DNA from: the human T2T-CHM13v2.0 reference genome, Homo sapiens
Assembly: GCF_009914755.1 (NCBI RefSeq)
Contig: NC_060941.1
Length of the DNA: 64,000 nt
Direction: 5' to 3' (one strand)
The notes under the pieces were generated by a model. The model saw nothing but the letters and a program-made list of their open reading frames with translations, searched no databases and had not been told where the DNA came from. Positions 17,330 to 33,864 of this stretch are shown here, in pieces. The stretch's first letter is position 1. Every line of letters begins with the position of its first letter. The position numbers were made by a program, and so were the translations under genes.

Positions 17330-17805
17330 CTTGCCTCATTTTCAGCCATGTGGTGTGGGTGGGAATGACACTACCCCCAAGTCTAGGGTTGAATCCTGTA
17401 ACCCAACCTTTAACCAAGCCACTTATCACATTTACCTGGCCCTTGTGGTTGGTTTCAGGGAAGCGCAATGAGCCCCCCATCAGGGCTAACACATCTCAAT
17501 TCTGGGACTTTGGTTTGTGCCATCAAGAAAGAGGATTTTCTTTTTCTCCTCTGGAAAGAAAATGAGAAGAATGTACACCCTAGAACTGCTGGCAGTCACC
17601 TTGTGGCCATGAGGGCACAGCCAGTTTGAGAAAGAAGTGAACACAGAGGAAACCAAACTGAAAGATGGAAAGCTGGAGTCTTGTGAAACCATTTGAACCA
17701 ATGCAATGAGCCATGCTTAAGGCCAGGCTTACCCCTGGACTTCCCACTTAACGTTTTTATTTGGGTCCAGTTTTCTTCACTTGACACTGCTAGCATCCTA
17801 CCAGA
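17330..17805 (+). mobile_element. Old MaLR LTR (MLT1J/K-like)
   Basis: CTGCTGGCAGTCACCTTG, CCCCTGGACTT and TTTTCTTCACTTG motifs; boundaries approximate. Confidence 0.5.
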
Positions 17806-18851
17806 TAAGGCACCTTCGACCCCTCTGGAGTTAGGTTACCTCGCCCTGCCCTGCACCGCATGTTGGCACTTTATTACAGGCACTGCTTTAGCCCATTCCT
17901 CTGTGCCTTTGGTATTTCCTATCTTCTGAGATGGGAACTCCTCCTCCCATTTCCCACTCCAGATGGTGCCAGTTGAGCCAGCCCTGGCCTCCAAGGAAGG
18001 TTACAAGTCATTCAAACACCAGATATAAACAATAAGAGAAAGCTGGATCAGCAGGCAAAGTGCAGCACCCCATCAATCCAGGCAATCCTGCAAAGGTTCT
18101 GCCATCCCAACCCACCCCGCTGTCAGGGGGCTTTGGCAGCAGCTGAGAGACATCTCGGGGAAGCCAGATGGCACTCAGCATGGCTGCTAATGTGTGGCAA
18201 GATTCACAGCTCTAGACTCCTATCTGGGGATAGGATTCCTAACCAGGAGAAGAACTGGCAGAAGCAAGCAACTTAGAGAGACTCGGGCCAATTATTTCAT
18301 CAGGCATTCAGGCGAGAAAGTGTCCAAACACCAGAATAGGGGGCCAGTCCACCCTTTGTATCAGAAACACGGCAGAACTCCAATCACTTCAGTGAGGCCA
18401 AAATCAGAACCTGCTTGGAGGCCAAGCTGCCTTGAAACTGGGTTCTTCTGAAGGATATCCTGACAGGGGACATCACTGGGCCTGTGGCTGGGAGTCCGGG
18501 GGCCCACACTATCCTCCTTTCCACATCATGCAGGAAAGCCCTGAGGGCAGAGACCATCTGTGAACCAAAACCCACCCTCTCTTCTTTATCAGATGTTTGC
18601 TTACAAGTTGCAGTCAAAGCAGCAATGTGCCCAATCCTGTTAAAAGACAAGCCTCTTCCACCAGCCCCCTTCTTCCTGCTTGGAATGTTAATGTAACTAT
18701 AAATGCTTAGAGCTATGGCAGCCACCTTGCAGTCCTGAGGACAAAGGCCAGGAGAAAAGTAAAGACTTGACCCAGATCCTGATATTACTGAGCTGTTAAA
18801 CCAAGCCAGAGACTGCTCTCATCTGGACTTTTTGTTCTATGAAGTAATTTA

Positions 18852-19167
18852 TTTTTATGTATTTACTTCTTTTGAGACAGGATGTCACTCTGTCACCCAG
18901 GGTGGGGTACAGTGGCACAGTCATAGCTCACTGCAACCTTGAACTCCTGGGCTCAAGTGATCCTCCTACCTCAGCCTCCCATGTTGCCAGTACTACAGGC
19001 ACTTGCCACCACACCTGGCTGTTTTTTGTTTTGTTTTGTTTTGTTTTTGTAGAGACCAAGCCTTGCTTTATTGCCCAGGCTGGTCTCAAATTCCTGGCCT
19101 TGAGCAATCCTCCTGCTTTGGCCTCCCAAAGTGCTGGGATTATAGGTGTGAGCCACCATACCTGGCC
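18852..19167 (-). mobile_element. AluJ inside an MLT1-like LTR
   Basis: TSD TATGA(A/G)GTAATTTA. Confidence 0.9.
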
Positions 19168-19201
19168 TTATGAGGTAATTTAATGTTTTAGTTGCTTAAG
19201 C

Positions 19202-19496
19202 CAGTGGTTCTCCAAGTGTGTCCCCAGACCCACAGCTTCAGCACCACTTGGGAGAGTTAGAAATGTACATTCTCAGGCCCTGCCCAGACCAATAGAACTT
19301 GACTCTTTAAAGTGGGACCCTAAGGCAGAGGTTACAGTGAGCTGAGATCACGCCACTGTACCCCAGCCTGGGGAACAAAGCAAGGCTCTGTCTCAAAAAC
19401 AAAAAAACAAAGCAAAACCAAAATGGGACCCTGAAAATTGAGTTTTACCAAGTGCCCCCAAGTAATTCTGGCATGTGCTAAGTTTGAGAACCACTA
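19202..19496 (+). mobile_element. MER5A hAT MITE carrying a 5'-truncated Alu (19322-19420)
   Basis: TIRs CAGTGGTTCTC / GAGAACCACTA; 8-bp TSD GCTTAAGC / GCTTAAAC; inner Alu TSD AA(G/A)TGGGACCCT. Confidence 0.85.
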
Positions 19497-19940
19497 GCTT
19501 AAACCACTATTTTATCAGATTTTCTGTGAGGTGCAGCTGAAAGCACCTCTAATTTATACCTTTCTCCACTGTATCTCTGAACTGTTTGTGAGATATCAAG
19601 AGGCTGAGAACAAGGCAGGATAAGCCAACTGTCACAAGCCCAAATAGCAATGTTTCAAGGAGAAAATGAAACTCACAAAGGAAAAGATAAATGCAAATTA
19701 AGCACCTCTATCCATGGGAATAATCATAAATACAATCAAAAGGCAAAATGAAAGACTGGGGAAATAATTGCAACAAATATGACAACATTTAAAATCCTTT
19801 CTTTGTTAAAAGGCCATGCAAAACCAAAAAGGAAAAAACAAGATCTCAGAGAAAAAGAACACACAAAAAAAATTCAGAATAGGAAATATAAATGGATAAT
19901 AAGAAAAATGGCCAGCTTGTTAGTAATCAAAGCAATGTGA

Positions 19941-20229
19941 ATTTATTTATTTATTTTTTTGAGACAGAGTCTCACTCTGTCGCCTAGGCTGTAGTGCAGT
20001 GGCATGATCTCGGCTCACTCCAACCTCTGCCTCCCAGGTTCAAGTGATTCTCCTGCCTCAGCCTCCTGAGTAACTGGGATTACAGGCACCCACCACCACG
20101 CCCAGCTAATTTATGTATTTTTAGTAGAAACGGGGTTTTGCTATGTTGGCCAGAATGGTCTCCAACTCCTGACCTCAAGTGATCCGCCTGCCTCGGCCTC
20201 CCAAAGTGCTGGGATTACTGCGCCTGGCT
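19941..20229 (-). mobile_element. AluS
   Basis: Antisense Alu with a small deletion near its 5' end. Confidence 0.92.
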
Positions 20230-20275
20230 GGTTTTTACATGTTTTAAAGGTTGGAAGAATAAGAAGGGAGAAGAA

Positions 20276-20579
<304 letters not shown>

Positions 20580-20775
20580 GAAGGGAGGAGGAAGAAAAGG
20601 AATAAGGGGGAAGAAATGGAGGAAGAAGACAAAGGAGGTTGAGGAAAAGGAGTAGGGAGAGGAGGGGGAGACATTCACTGCAGTGGCAGAGACCGTATTT
20701 GGCACAGCCTAAAATATTTTCTATCTGCCTTTTACTGAAAAAATCTGCCAGTCCTGGACTGCTTCTAATCTAAAG

Positions 20776-20985
20776 CAGGGTCAGGAAACTACGGCCCCAA
20801 ATCTAACCAGCCACCCGTTTTTGTGAATGAAGTTTTATTGGAACTCACCACATGCGTTTGTTTACAGAGTTTAGAGCTGCTTTTGTGCTTCCATGGCAGA
20901 GTTGAGAAGTGTGACAGAGACTGTGTGGCCCACTAAACAGAAATATTCCTTATCTGGCTCTTTACAAAACATTTCCCAACCCCTG
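20776..20985 (+). mobile_element. MER58A hAT MITE
   Basis: CAGGGTCAGGAAACTACGGCCC...GTTTTATTGGAAC...CCCAACCCCTG. Confidence 0.8.
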
Positions 20986-21710
20986 GTCTAATAAATAATC
21001 AGAAAGAAAATAAAAATGCTTGCACAAAGATGTTTATTATTACATTATTTATCTAGAAGGCCAGTTAAACAAATGATAGGATGACATTAAATTGATATAA
21101 TGAACATGAGTTACCCCAGCACCTCAAATCCTAAGGATTCAATAAACATTTTTAATTATTATTGCCTATGGAATAGTCATTTTCTCATTTTTCAAAGACC
21201 CAGTAATAAAACAGGAAGGCAGGATATAGTGTAGCAGATACAAGAGGCTATGTGCTTCTTTTGTAGAAAGGAGCAATGTCTGTTTTTATTTTCTATTATT
21301 TCAATTATGTTTTAAGACATAGATATGCAAGATAAAAGAAGGTAAAGGAATGAATCAGAATCTCGGCTGTTCTCCCTGGGCTAAGGGGTTCTGGATAATT
21401 TTCATTCTTCTCTCATATGCTTTTTAGTAATTTCCAAGTTTCCTGCAATGGAGGATTATTGCTCCTATTATCATTAAAGTTAAAATTCTTTCTTCTCATA
21501 CAGTAATTGAGTTCAGAAATACAGCTGAGGGCCAGGGGCAGGCTTTGGGAGTTGTTGCTACAGAAGCTTAGCATGAAGGAAAGGGCCAAAGGCAGGAAGG
21601 AAACGCAGAACGAGGAGCCAGGGTGGGCGGGAGGTGGCCACCATGCACAGCCAAGCAGCCTGTGGCAAACCCCAGGGGCCACAGCGCTTTGAAGGACAAG
21701 GAGATCTGGC

Positions 21711-21873
21711 CTTGCTTCCCAAAGTGCGGCCCCCAAACCAGCAGCACACGCACCTCTTGGGAGCTGATCAGAAATTAGACTCTCAGGCCCCACCCCAGAT
21801 CCACTGAATCAGAGCCTGCATTGTAAAGGATCCCAGGTGATATGTGGGCACACTCCAGTTTGAGAAGCATGGG
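21711..21873 (+). mobile_element. MER5A-type MITE
   Basis: CTCAGGCCCCACCCCAGA..ACTGAATCAGA...AGTTTGAGAAGCA. Confidence 0.75.
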
Positions 21874-21954
21874 CTGCTCTGGAACCGTGTGGCACTGTTA
21901 ACCCTCCTGCAGCCATGGCCCTCCACCCACGATCTTTTTCAGTAACAGCCGCTA

Positions 21955-22351
<397 letters not shown>

Positions 22352-22642
22352 TTAAAAGGAAAAACAGAAAGATAGATGGGTAAGCCACTGCCACCACCTT
22401 TGCACCCCTGTGCTCACGGCACACACACACACAGAGCCAGGTGTGTGTGAACATGAGGTTGGAAAACACTCAAAAGGCAGCAGGCAGCCTTTCCAGAGGC
22501 CCTGAGAGGCCTGTCCCCCACTGTGGAGTACCTACTGTCCTCAGGTAGAGACAGAGACTGTGTGCTGCAACAGGGGGAGTGTCCCAAGGCGACCTATTTA
22601 CCCAATTCCTGGAAGAGATTTTATTTCTTGTTAAAATATCCT

Positions 22643-23336
<694 letters not shown>

Positions 23337-23557
23337 TCACTGTCATGCCAAAGAGGCTGCTGAGTGATCTCATCAGATTCGAGCAGCTCTGCTCAGAGAT
23401 GTCCAGCTGTCCACGGCCTGCCCTGGGTCAGGAGCAATAAGCATACTTGATCAAACAAGAAGTCCTGCTTCCTGCCCCAGCAGCAAGGGGCCTGCCCAGG
23501 GCCCATGCAGCCACTCGGATGCAGTGGCTCTCCAATTCCAACCAGGTGGGCTCCAGG

Positions 23558-24191
23558 ACTAAGTGAAATGAACCCATCGCAAAAGGGCAAATATTGTACA
23601 ATTCCACTTATAGGAGGTGCTGGCATGGTCAAATTCATAGAGACAGAAAGCAGAACAGTGGTTACCAAGGGCTGAAGGAAGAGAGGAATGAGAGCAATGG
23701 GTGCAGAGTTTCTGTTTGGGATGATGAACATTCTGGAGGTAGATGGTAGTAGTGTTTGCACAGCAATGTGAGTGTACTTAATGCCCCTGAACTACACTTA
23801 AATATGGTCAAAATGGTCAGTTTTATGTTATGTGTGAATATATTTTGAGACTGAGTTTTGCTCTGTCACCTAGGCTGGCTCACTGCAGCCTCAAACTCCT
23901 GGGTTCAAGGGATCCTCCCCCTCAGCCTCCCAAGTAGCTGGGACTACAGATGTCTGCCACCACACCCAGCCAATTTTTTTATTTTTTGTAGAGATGGGGT
24001 CTCACTCTGTTGCCCAGGTTGGTCTCCAACTCTTGTACAACTCAAGCGATCTTCCCACTTTGGCCTCCCAAAGTGCTGGGATTACAGGCATAAGCCACCA
24101 CACCAGGCCTATTTTGTGCATTTTAACACAATTGTTAAAGTGGTAAATTTTATGTTATGTATATTTTATCACAATTTAAGGAAAAAAAAAA
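23558..24191 (+). mobile_element. L1MB-type 3' end interrupted by an antisense AluJ (23843-24109)
   Basis: AAATTCATAGAGACAGAAAG, GTTTCTGTTTGGGATGATGAA and TTTTATGTTATGTATATTTTATCACAAT tail. Confidence 0.8.
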
Positions 24192-25241
24192 GCAGGAGAG
24201 AAGGGAAAAGAAAGAGAGACTCTTAGGCCCTGGGAAGAGGAAACAGGAATATTTATTGAGCACCTACTGGATGCTAAGCTCTGTGCTGGGCTCTTCACAT
24301 GTGTTCTCAAAATAACCCTTGAAGTAGGAACTGTTAGCAAACTGAGTGAGGTTTAGAAAGTGGCTTGTCCAGCATCATGAAGCCAGACAGTGGTAGACAG
24401 GGACTCATACCTAGGTCTGCGGCCTCAAGGACACTAGCTCAGCCCACAGCCATCCAAACACCATCAGAGAGAGGACATGTTGGGAAGGCCTGGTCCTCCA
24501 TCACTCATTCATTCAGGGTCACCAAGCAACACTGCAGGACTGGACAGAGGTGGCGGTAAAGGGGTTCACAGTCCCTGACAACTGCGCCAGCTGGAGAGTG
24601 TGGGGGCCCACAGAGCAAATCCCTGTGTCACTTCTCACCCTCAGAACCTTGGCCTGAGGTACATTCTGCCTTTGGCACCGCCCAGCCTAACTTCCTCTGA
24701 GCAGGGAGCTGCAGCAAGCTGAGGTGAAGGGAGTTAGGGCTAGGGTCAGGGTGAGACCCGAATTTAACTTTGAACATCCCAGAAATGGCTCGCTCCCAGA
24801 CATTGCACAAAAGCACAGTGACACAGGTTCAAATCCTGTCCTGGGCTTGGCAGCAACTTGGTAGAATAGAAAATGCAGGGGCTTTGGAGTCAGATGGGCT
24901 TGGGTTGAAATTCATACTCTGCCACTTGCTGTATGATCTAGGCTGGGCCTCAACTGAGCCTGTTTTCTCATGTGTCGAAGGGGCGTGGTAATACCTGCTT
25001 TACCACTGTCATCCCATGTGGACTTTAGAGCCAAACTACCTGTTTCCCCACCATTTATTTGCCATGTGAACTTGAATAAGTTACTTAACCCCTCTGTGCC
25101 TCAGCTTTCCTCATCTGTAAAATTGGGATAGTTATTACCTTGATGGGTTTTTGTAAGGATTAAATGAGTTAATACAGGTAACATGCCAAGCACAGTGCTT
25201 GGCACACAAGAAAGTATGTACATATATGCGCTTTATGTGTA

Positions 25242-25316
<75 letters not shown>
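25242..25316. repeat. Compound (TG)10(TA)27 microsatellite
   Basis: Read directly; lies at the end of a MIR (25020-25210). Confidence 0.95.
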
Positions 25317-25318
<2 letters not shown>

Positions 25319-25916
25319 TATTATGAAACATATATAAGCCCCTGGCACATAGTAGGGGACTCACAAAGCATACTTCCCCCTTCCTTTCCTGCCTCCTGTT
25401 TCCTCCTGTATGAGGCTCAGAGAAGCTGTTAATGGTGTTTGTCCTGGATTTTTTCCTAAATATCCAGGTTGGACACAGCCAGTGCTGGCAGGAGCCCCTT
25501 GCCTTTCCTGCCCTTCCCCTCTCCCAGATATCAACAGGTGCTTCCGAGGAATGAGAAGGAAGCCTATCGAGCCACATTCTCCAGAAAAGAGGCGCAGCAC
25601 AGTCGCTCCAAAAATGTGCAGCCTCTCAGCTGCCTGTGCCAAACCCACCCCATCTGTCCTCAGCCTGTGTTCCCAGGTCCCAAGGCAGTCCTGAGAGACC
25701 TCAGAGCACTGGAGGAGACTCCAACCTTGCCTCTGGGCAGACACGAGCTGACACAATAGGGAGAGACCCTTACTCCAAATGAGCATTACTTGATCATCTC
25801 CAGCCACTGTGCACGAGCAGTATTTACTTTCTCCATTTTACAAGACACAAAAGCACAGAGAGGTTAAGACAATTGGCCAAAGTTAACCAGCAAGCCAATG
25901 CAAAGGTAAAAAGTTA

Positions 25917-26217
<301 letters not shown>

Positions 26218-26641
26218 AATCATGGTCTTTCTTGATCCCAAACCCAGCAGCTGGCCATTATCACATTCTCCCCCTCACTGCTGAACCACATCACCATCAG
26301 CTCTGTTACTCACTGGTCACAGGAACTTGTGTGAGTCCCTTCACCTCTCTGAACCTCCACATCCACAGTTGTAAAATAGGCAAACTACTGTACCAGGCTG
26401 TTTGTTCATTCGACAGTCATTGACTGAACCCAGAGCCATACTTACGGTGAAACTATTAAAGCTTCCTGTTCAGGGCCTCTCCTTCACACAGGGAAGGGCC
26501 TAGTAAGCATCTCACTTTTCTTAAAAAAAGTTCCCAGCCCCACAAAACCTGGGCCTGCCCCTGCTAACTGTGGTGTGTCAGCATCATGCCAAGCTCTGGA
26601 TGTAGGACAAGATAGGAACAAAACGGCCAGGGGAGTTCCCC

Positions 26642-26935
26642 GGCCTGGTGCGGTGGCTCACACCTGTAATCCCAGCATGCTGGGAGGCCAAGATGAGAGG
26701 ATCCCTTGAGTCCAGGAGTTTGAGACCAGCCTTGGCAACATGGCAAAACCTTATCTCTACAAAAAACACAAAAGTTAGCCGGGCATGGTGGCACATGCCT
26801 ATAGTCCCAGTTACACAGGAAGCTGAGATGGGAGGATCACTCGAGCCCAGGAGGTCGAGGCTGCAGTGAGCCATGATCACACCACTGCACTCCAACCTGG
26901 GTGAGAGAGTGAGACCTTGTCTCAGGGGAAAAAAA
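26642..26935 (+). mobile_element. AluJ
   Basis: GAGCCCAGGAGGTCGAGGCTGCAG diagnostic. Confidence 0.9.
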
Positions 26936-27354
26936 CAGAATCCCTGCATAGGGCTTGACTCTTGACTCACAGTAGGTGCTGAATAAATGGTAGCTGGCAT
27001 TATTACTTATTGTCTCTGTCTTTCCCATTAAAATGCAAGCTCCCCAAGGATAGGGAACTTTTTCCATTTCGTTCCTTGCTGTAGCCCAAGAGTTTAGAAC
27101 AGTTCCTGGCATGTGGTAAAAGCCCAGAAGATATTTTCCGACCCTTGAGATGGTTTTGTTCAACTCTTCAATTCACAGGTGAGGAAACTGGCCCAGACAG
27201 GTGTGTCTTTCCCCCAGTCTCACTGTGCTGAACAGGGCCAGGCCCCAGGGCCCCTCAAGCCCTGAAGAAGGTTTTCTTCTACTTCCTGCTGCCTCCTTTG
27301 ATGATTCACACTAGGGCCCAAGAGATACTTCTGGAATAAAAAATCAAGGGGTCA

Positions 27355-28499
<1,145 letters not shown>

Positions 28500-28583
28500 C
28501 CTCAGATTTCCACTGAAATTAGTTCAAATTCCTGCTCCACTACTTACTGTGTAATCTTCGACAAGTATCCTAACCACTCACTC

Positions 28584-28940
28584 TGCCAGAGTCTGAATGT
28601 TTTCAAAATTCATATGTTAAAAACCTAATCACCAATGTGATGGTATTAGGAGATGGGGCTTTTGGAAAGGGATTAGATCATGAGAGCAGAGGCCTTATGA
28701 TTGGGATTAGTGCCCTATCAAAGAGACCCCAGAGAGCTCCCTGACTCCTTCCACCATGTAGGGACACAGTGAGGAGGCACCATCTATGAACCAGGACACA
28801 AGTCCTTACCAGACACCAAATCTGCTGGTGCTTTGATCTTGGACTTCCCAGCCCCCAGAACTGTAAGAAAGAAATCTCTGTTGCTTATAAGCTACCCCAT
28901 CTATGGTATTTTGTTACAGCAGCTCAAATGGACTAAGACA
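28584..28940 (+). mobile_element. MLT1A0-like MaLR solo LTR inserted in a MIR
   Basis: TG...GGACTAAGACA ends; 5-bp TSD CACTC / CACTG; GATCTTGGACTTCCCAGCC..AGAACTGT motif. Confidence 0.85.
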
Positions 28941-29257
28941 CACTGTAATCCTCAGTTTTCTCATCTGCAAATTAAGGATAGCCCCACCTTCTTCACAGAG
29001 TGGCTGTAAGGATTAGAGATGATACCTTAAGTATTGGACACACAGCAGACAGACACTCCCAATGTTGGTTTCCCTCCCTGGTTTCAGAAGCCCTTAGGGG
29101 ACTCGGGAGGGAGCATGACTTGCCATTTGTAGGATAATATGGTAACTACGGTGTTCAAGTTCTTCCAAACAGCATTCTAGTATATAGAATAGAATATTGT
29201 GAGTGCTGCCTTAAGGCAAACTTCTCATCCCTTCAAACCCAAACTCCCTTTTCATAA

Positions 29258-29574
<317 letters not shown>

Positions 29575-30868
29575 TTCATAAGCATTTTAAATGCCTCTTT
29601 GACTTTATTTAAATGCAGTAATAAACTATTTATATGACAACACAAAAGAATTAATATAATGATATACCTGCAACTTAAATGAAAAATAAAAGGGATAAAG
29701 TAACATTTCAACACATAAATACTTGGGCACGTCGTAGTGTGATACTTGCATGGAATAAGAAGAAATACATTTAGATTCAGAAGTTAGACAATATTCAATA
29801 TTAAGTTGAACTCTATGAAATTTCCAATATGGAACTTTGATCTACAAAAATGGTAATTTCATGATTCAACCTAATACCTGATATTCAAAAATACAAGCAA
29901 ATGGGGTGGGGGGTATCTTTTCCTCTACTCACAAACTAAACTACCTGTCATGTACATGTGTGTTGCACCATGAATCAATAGCTACAAATGCAGGTAGGTT
30001 TAAATGTATCAGCAACTCAAATATCGTGTCATTACCATGCAGGTTGCGATTTTCCAAAATGGTGACATGCTCTTGTTAACATTGCACACAATGCAAAGTA
30101 TAATCTTTCCCTTTTTTCCCAGTATTTGCACTTTTGAAAAATTGTTTATATTTGAAAAAATTCAAAAACATGACATTGCTTTATATATAAAACAGCATTC
30201 ATTTCTGGGATCAGCAAATTATAAACAGGTTTTGGGGTGTTTTGTTTGTTTGTCTGTTTTGTTTTGTTTTATTGGGGGTTTTTTTCCTATATGAATTTCT
30301 TCCAGGACATTCAGAAGTTCAGAGGAGGCAGGAAAGCTTCTTGTTGCCTGGGTCTGTACCATATTGCACACGCTACAGGACTTGCCCTCTTAAATGGAAG
30401 TAGTTGACTGCAAAATCATTATGACAACCAAAAATAATCCCCCTAGTTCCAAAACCACCACTAAAGAGATGATATATCCCCATTGAGAACCACCAATCTA
30501 ATAACTTCTGCCTGAATGCTTTCAGTGATAAGAAATTGACTCTACAATACCATCTCATTGACTCACCTGTCAGGAAGTAATAATTCCTTCTTCTATCTCT
30601 GGTGGGTACCCAAGTTGGGCCCCATCTCTGTTCTATGGTCACCATGGAGCCTCTCCCAAAGAAGCTGCTTTCTAGACCTTTCCATTGTGACTCACGCTCC
30701 AGACTCCACTGGGGGAAAAAGACAGATGTGGGAAGCTCTGCCCAGTCAGGATGAGGCTGGGGAATAATCTATTATGCTCTTCTTGCCCCATCTTGTAGTG
30801 GGTTAGTGAAAAGAGGGAGCTACAAAACAGCATATATGAGATTCTTTCATTATTATAAAAATGCATAT

Positions 30869-30870
<2 letters not shown>

Positions 30871-30907
<37 letters not shown>
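30871..30907. repeat. (GT)18 microsatellite
   Basis: Read directly. Confidence 0.95.
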
Positions 30908-30910
<3 letters not shown>

Positions 30911-32098
30911 AAGGAAAGACCACCTGCTCAGTGGTTAGGAACTCAGACAGACCTGGGCTCAACACCCAGATCTGCCACTTATTAAATGGTAAACCTTATT
31001 AAGTGGTTGGGAAAACAACCATCCTGAGACTTAGTTTCTCTGTCTATAAGGTGGGAATAATAAGGGCACCTACTTCATAGGAATAAATTAAGATAACACA
31101 TGTGGGGCACTTAGCAGAATGCTTGGTGCCCAACAAATGTTGGCTTACGTGACTTTGCAATGATAGTGGATGAAACAATACATTTTTCCAGGGAAAACCC
31201 ATATATGCACCCAAGGTGCAAAATGAGCCCCATGACCCCTTTGGCCTCACCAGGATGGCTGAGCACAAAATGAGATTAAATCCCTCTGATGACCTTGTGC
31301 AGTGGCAAGCCAGACTGTACCCTTCAATGTGGGGACCACCACACGGAAGAGGTCTGCAGAGAAAAGGCCCCATAGGCAAGACATAGCACAGGTTCAGCCC
31401 ATACTTGTGCGAAAGACCCAGAGCTTATTCAGGCAGCATTTTGGTAGAACAAAGAGAAATGCAAGATTATTGGAGACCATAAAACAAAAAAAAATAGGGA
31501 GAAGATAATCAGCCAAGCAACCCACACTGGAAAAGTCAGGGGACAGAAAATTAAATGAAGCAGGGTTTTATCGTACATACTTGAGCAGGTCTTCTGAAAT
31601 TTAGCTGCAAAATGTACCTGTTCATCCTTCATAGTCCTGCTGTCTGAGGTCTCCATCCTCACAAACAAACCAGCCCTCAGTGGGTTAGCTGCCTGCTGAG
31701 CTGGAGTATACTTGGGAAAAGGTTCCCAAATGTCTTCACACAAGGAATAAGATGAAAAAACTCCTGTCGATGTTTTATGGAATATTTTTACATTTTACTA
31801 GCATTCATCAGTCTTTTACTATTGACAAACATATCCCTTATATCCTATTTCAGGATTTTGAATTTTTAGGCATTAAATTTGGTAAATACTATATGTTCAT
31901 TTTCTCAAGATATTTTATTTACATGTTTTTGTTTTCCAGTTTTCACAAGAGTTTCTTTAAATTCTTACTAGAATTTCTTTAAACTTCCAAGCTGCTATAT
32001 CTGTTAAAAATTAATTGTATTTGTTCATTTGGATTTTATCTCTTATGTTTTAGAGAGCCAGCATAAACACACAGAACTTTTATTCTCATCAATGTCCT

Positions 32099-32424
32099 CT
32101 TTTTTTTCTTTTTTCTTTTTTTAAGAGATGAAGTCTTGCTTTGTCACCCTGGCTGGAGTACAGTGCACAACCATAGTTCACTGAAGTCTTGGACTTCTGG
32201 GCTCAAGTGATCCTTCTACCTCAGCCTCTTGAGGAGCTGGGACTATAGGTGTGAGGCACCACACCCAGCTAAAGTGAGACCCCATCTTTTTTCTTTAAAA
32301 GTACCACTCCAGGGGCTCCCAGGAGCAAGATCTAGGGTTGCACACAAGGCCCCACTCTGCACTCATTCCTCGCCTCAGCCTCCCAAGTAGCTGGGATTAC
32401 AGATGGGAGCCACTGAGCCCAGCG
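32099..32424 (-). mobile_element. AluJ with a rearranged centre
   Basis: TSD TCAATGTCCT at 32089 and 32425; 32273-32370 is not collinear with Alu. Confidence 0.8.
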
Positions 32425-32762
32425 TCAATGTCCTTTATAAGTCAGCATTACAAGTTATTGATTGATATCATTCATAATCTCTTGGTCAGAACTTGCCACA
32501 TCAGTACTGGCAATTAGGATAACTTCCTATATGAATGAGGCTATTCCATGCCTTCTTTTTTCATCTGACTCTGATTCTAATTATACTGTGAGCTCTGAGA
32601 AAACATTCTTACTTGGTTACAATTTGTATTCCTTCAACTAATCACCCACTTACTTAAGTACAGATTCTAGCCTGTACTTAGATAAATATTCACTGGTTGT
32701 CCATGGTCAACAGTTTCCTGATTGCCACAGTTCCCTGGTTCAAGTATCACAAGCTTACTTTA

Positions 32763-33089
<327 letters not shown>

Positions 33090-33245
33090 TCATTTGCCCA
33101 TGGGTCACACGACATTAATGAAATGCAGCTGTTGTCAATGAAATGCAGCTTCATTACACTTACAATTCATAATATCTAGCAGACTGAAAAGTCTGTATCA
33201 GTAATGTTTTGTCAATATGTTGCCATGTTACAATTAATCAAAACT

Positions 33246-33560
33246 TGCCAGGCACAGTGGCTCAAGCTGTAATCCCAGCACTTTGGGAGGCTGAGGCAGG
33301 CAGATCACTTGAGCCCAGGAGTTCAAGACCAGACTGGGCAACATGACAAAACCCTGTCTCTACAAAAAATACAAAAAGTACAAAAAATTAGCCAGGCATG
33401 GTGGCACATGCCACCATGTCCCAGCTACCTGAGAGGCTGAGGTGGGAGGATCACCTGAGCCCGGTGGTTGAGGTAACAGTGAGCCATGATTACACCATTG
33501 CACCCCAGCCTGGGTGCCAGAGTGAGACCCTGTCTCACAATATTAATAATAATAATAATA
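33246..33560 (+). mobile_element. AluJ with (AAT)n tail
   Basis: Dimeric Alu. Confidence 0.9.
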
Positions 33561-33786
33561 ACTTACAATTATAGTCAAAATAATTTTATAAATGAGAAGG
33601 AAAGCTCCGGCTATATGCAAATGCTAAGTTAGGTGAATGGATTATACATTGATATAGCCTAGTGGTGACTGAAATCTTGATTCTCAAAGATTTTAAGGAC
33701 TAGATATGAACTGAAGTCTTCCACCAGCCTTCTTACCTTTTCAGAATGTGTCTTTGGGGGGTGATGGTATTATTTATTAAGCAATG

Positions 33787-33864
33787 GTTTTGGTTTTTTT
33801 TTTCTTTTTTTGAGATGGAGTCTCACTGTGTCACCCAGGCTGGAGTACAGTGGCGCAATCTCAG
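33787..33864 (-). mobile_element. AluS(x) 3' part (tail and end of right arm), split by ERV9
   Basis: polyT-GAGATGGAGTCTCAC...GCAATCTCAG; resumes at 43955. Alu TSD TAAGCAATG at 33778 and 44188. Confidence 0.92.
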
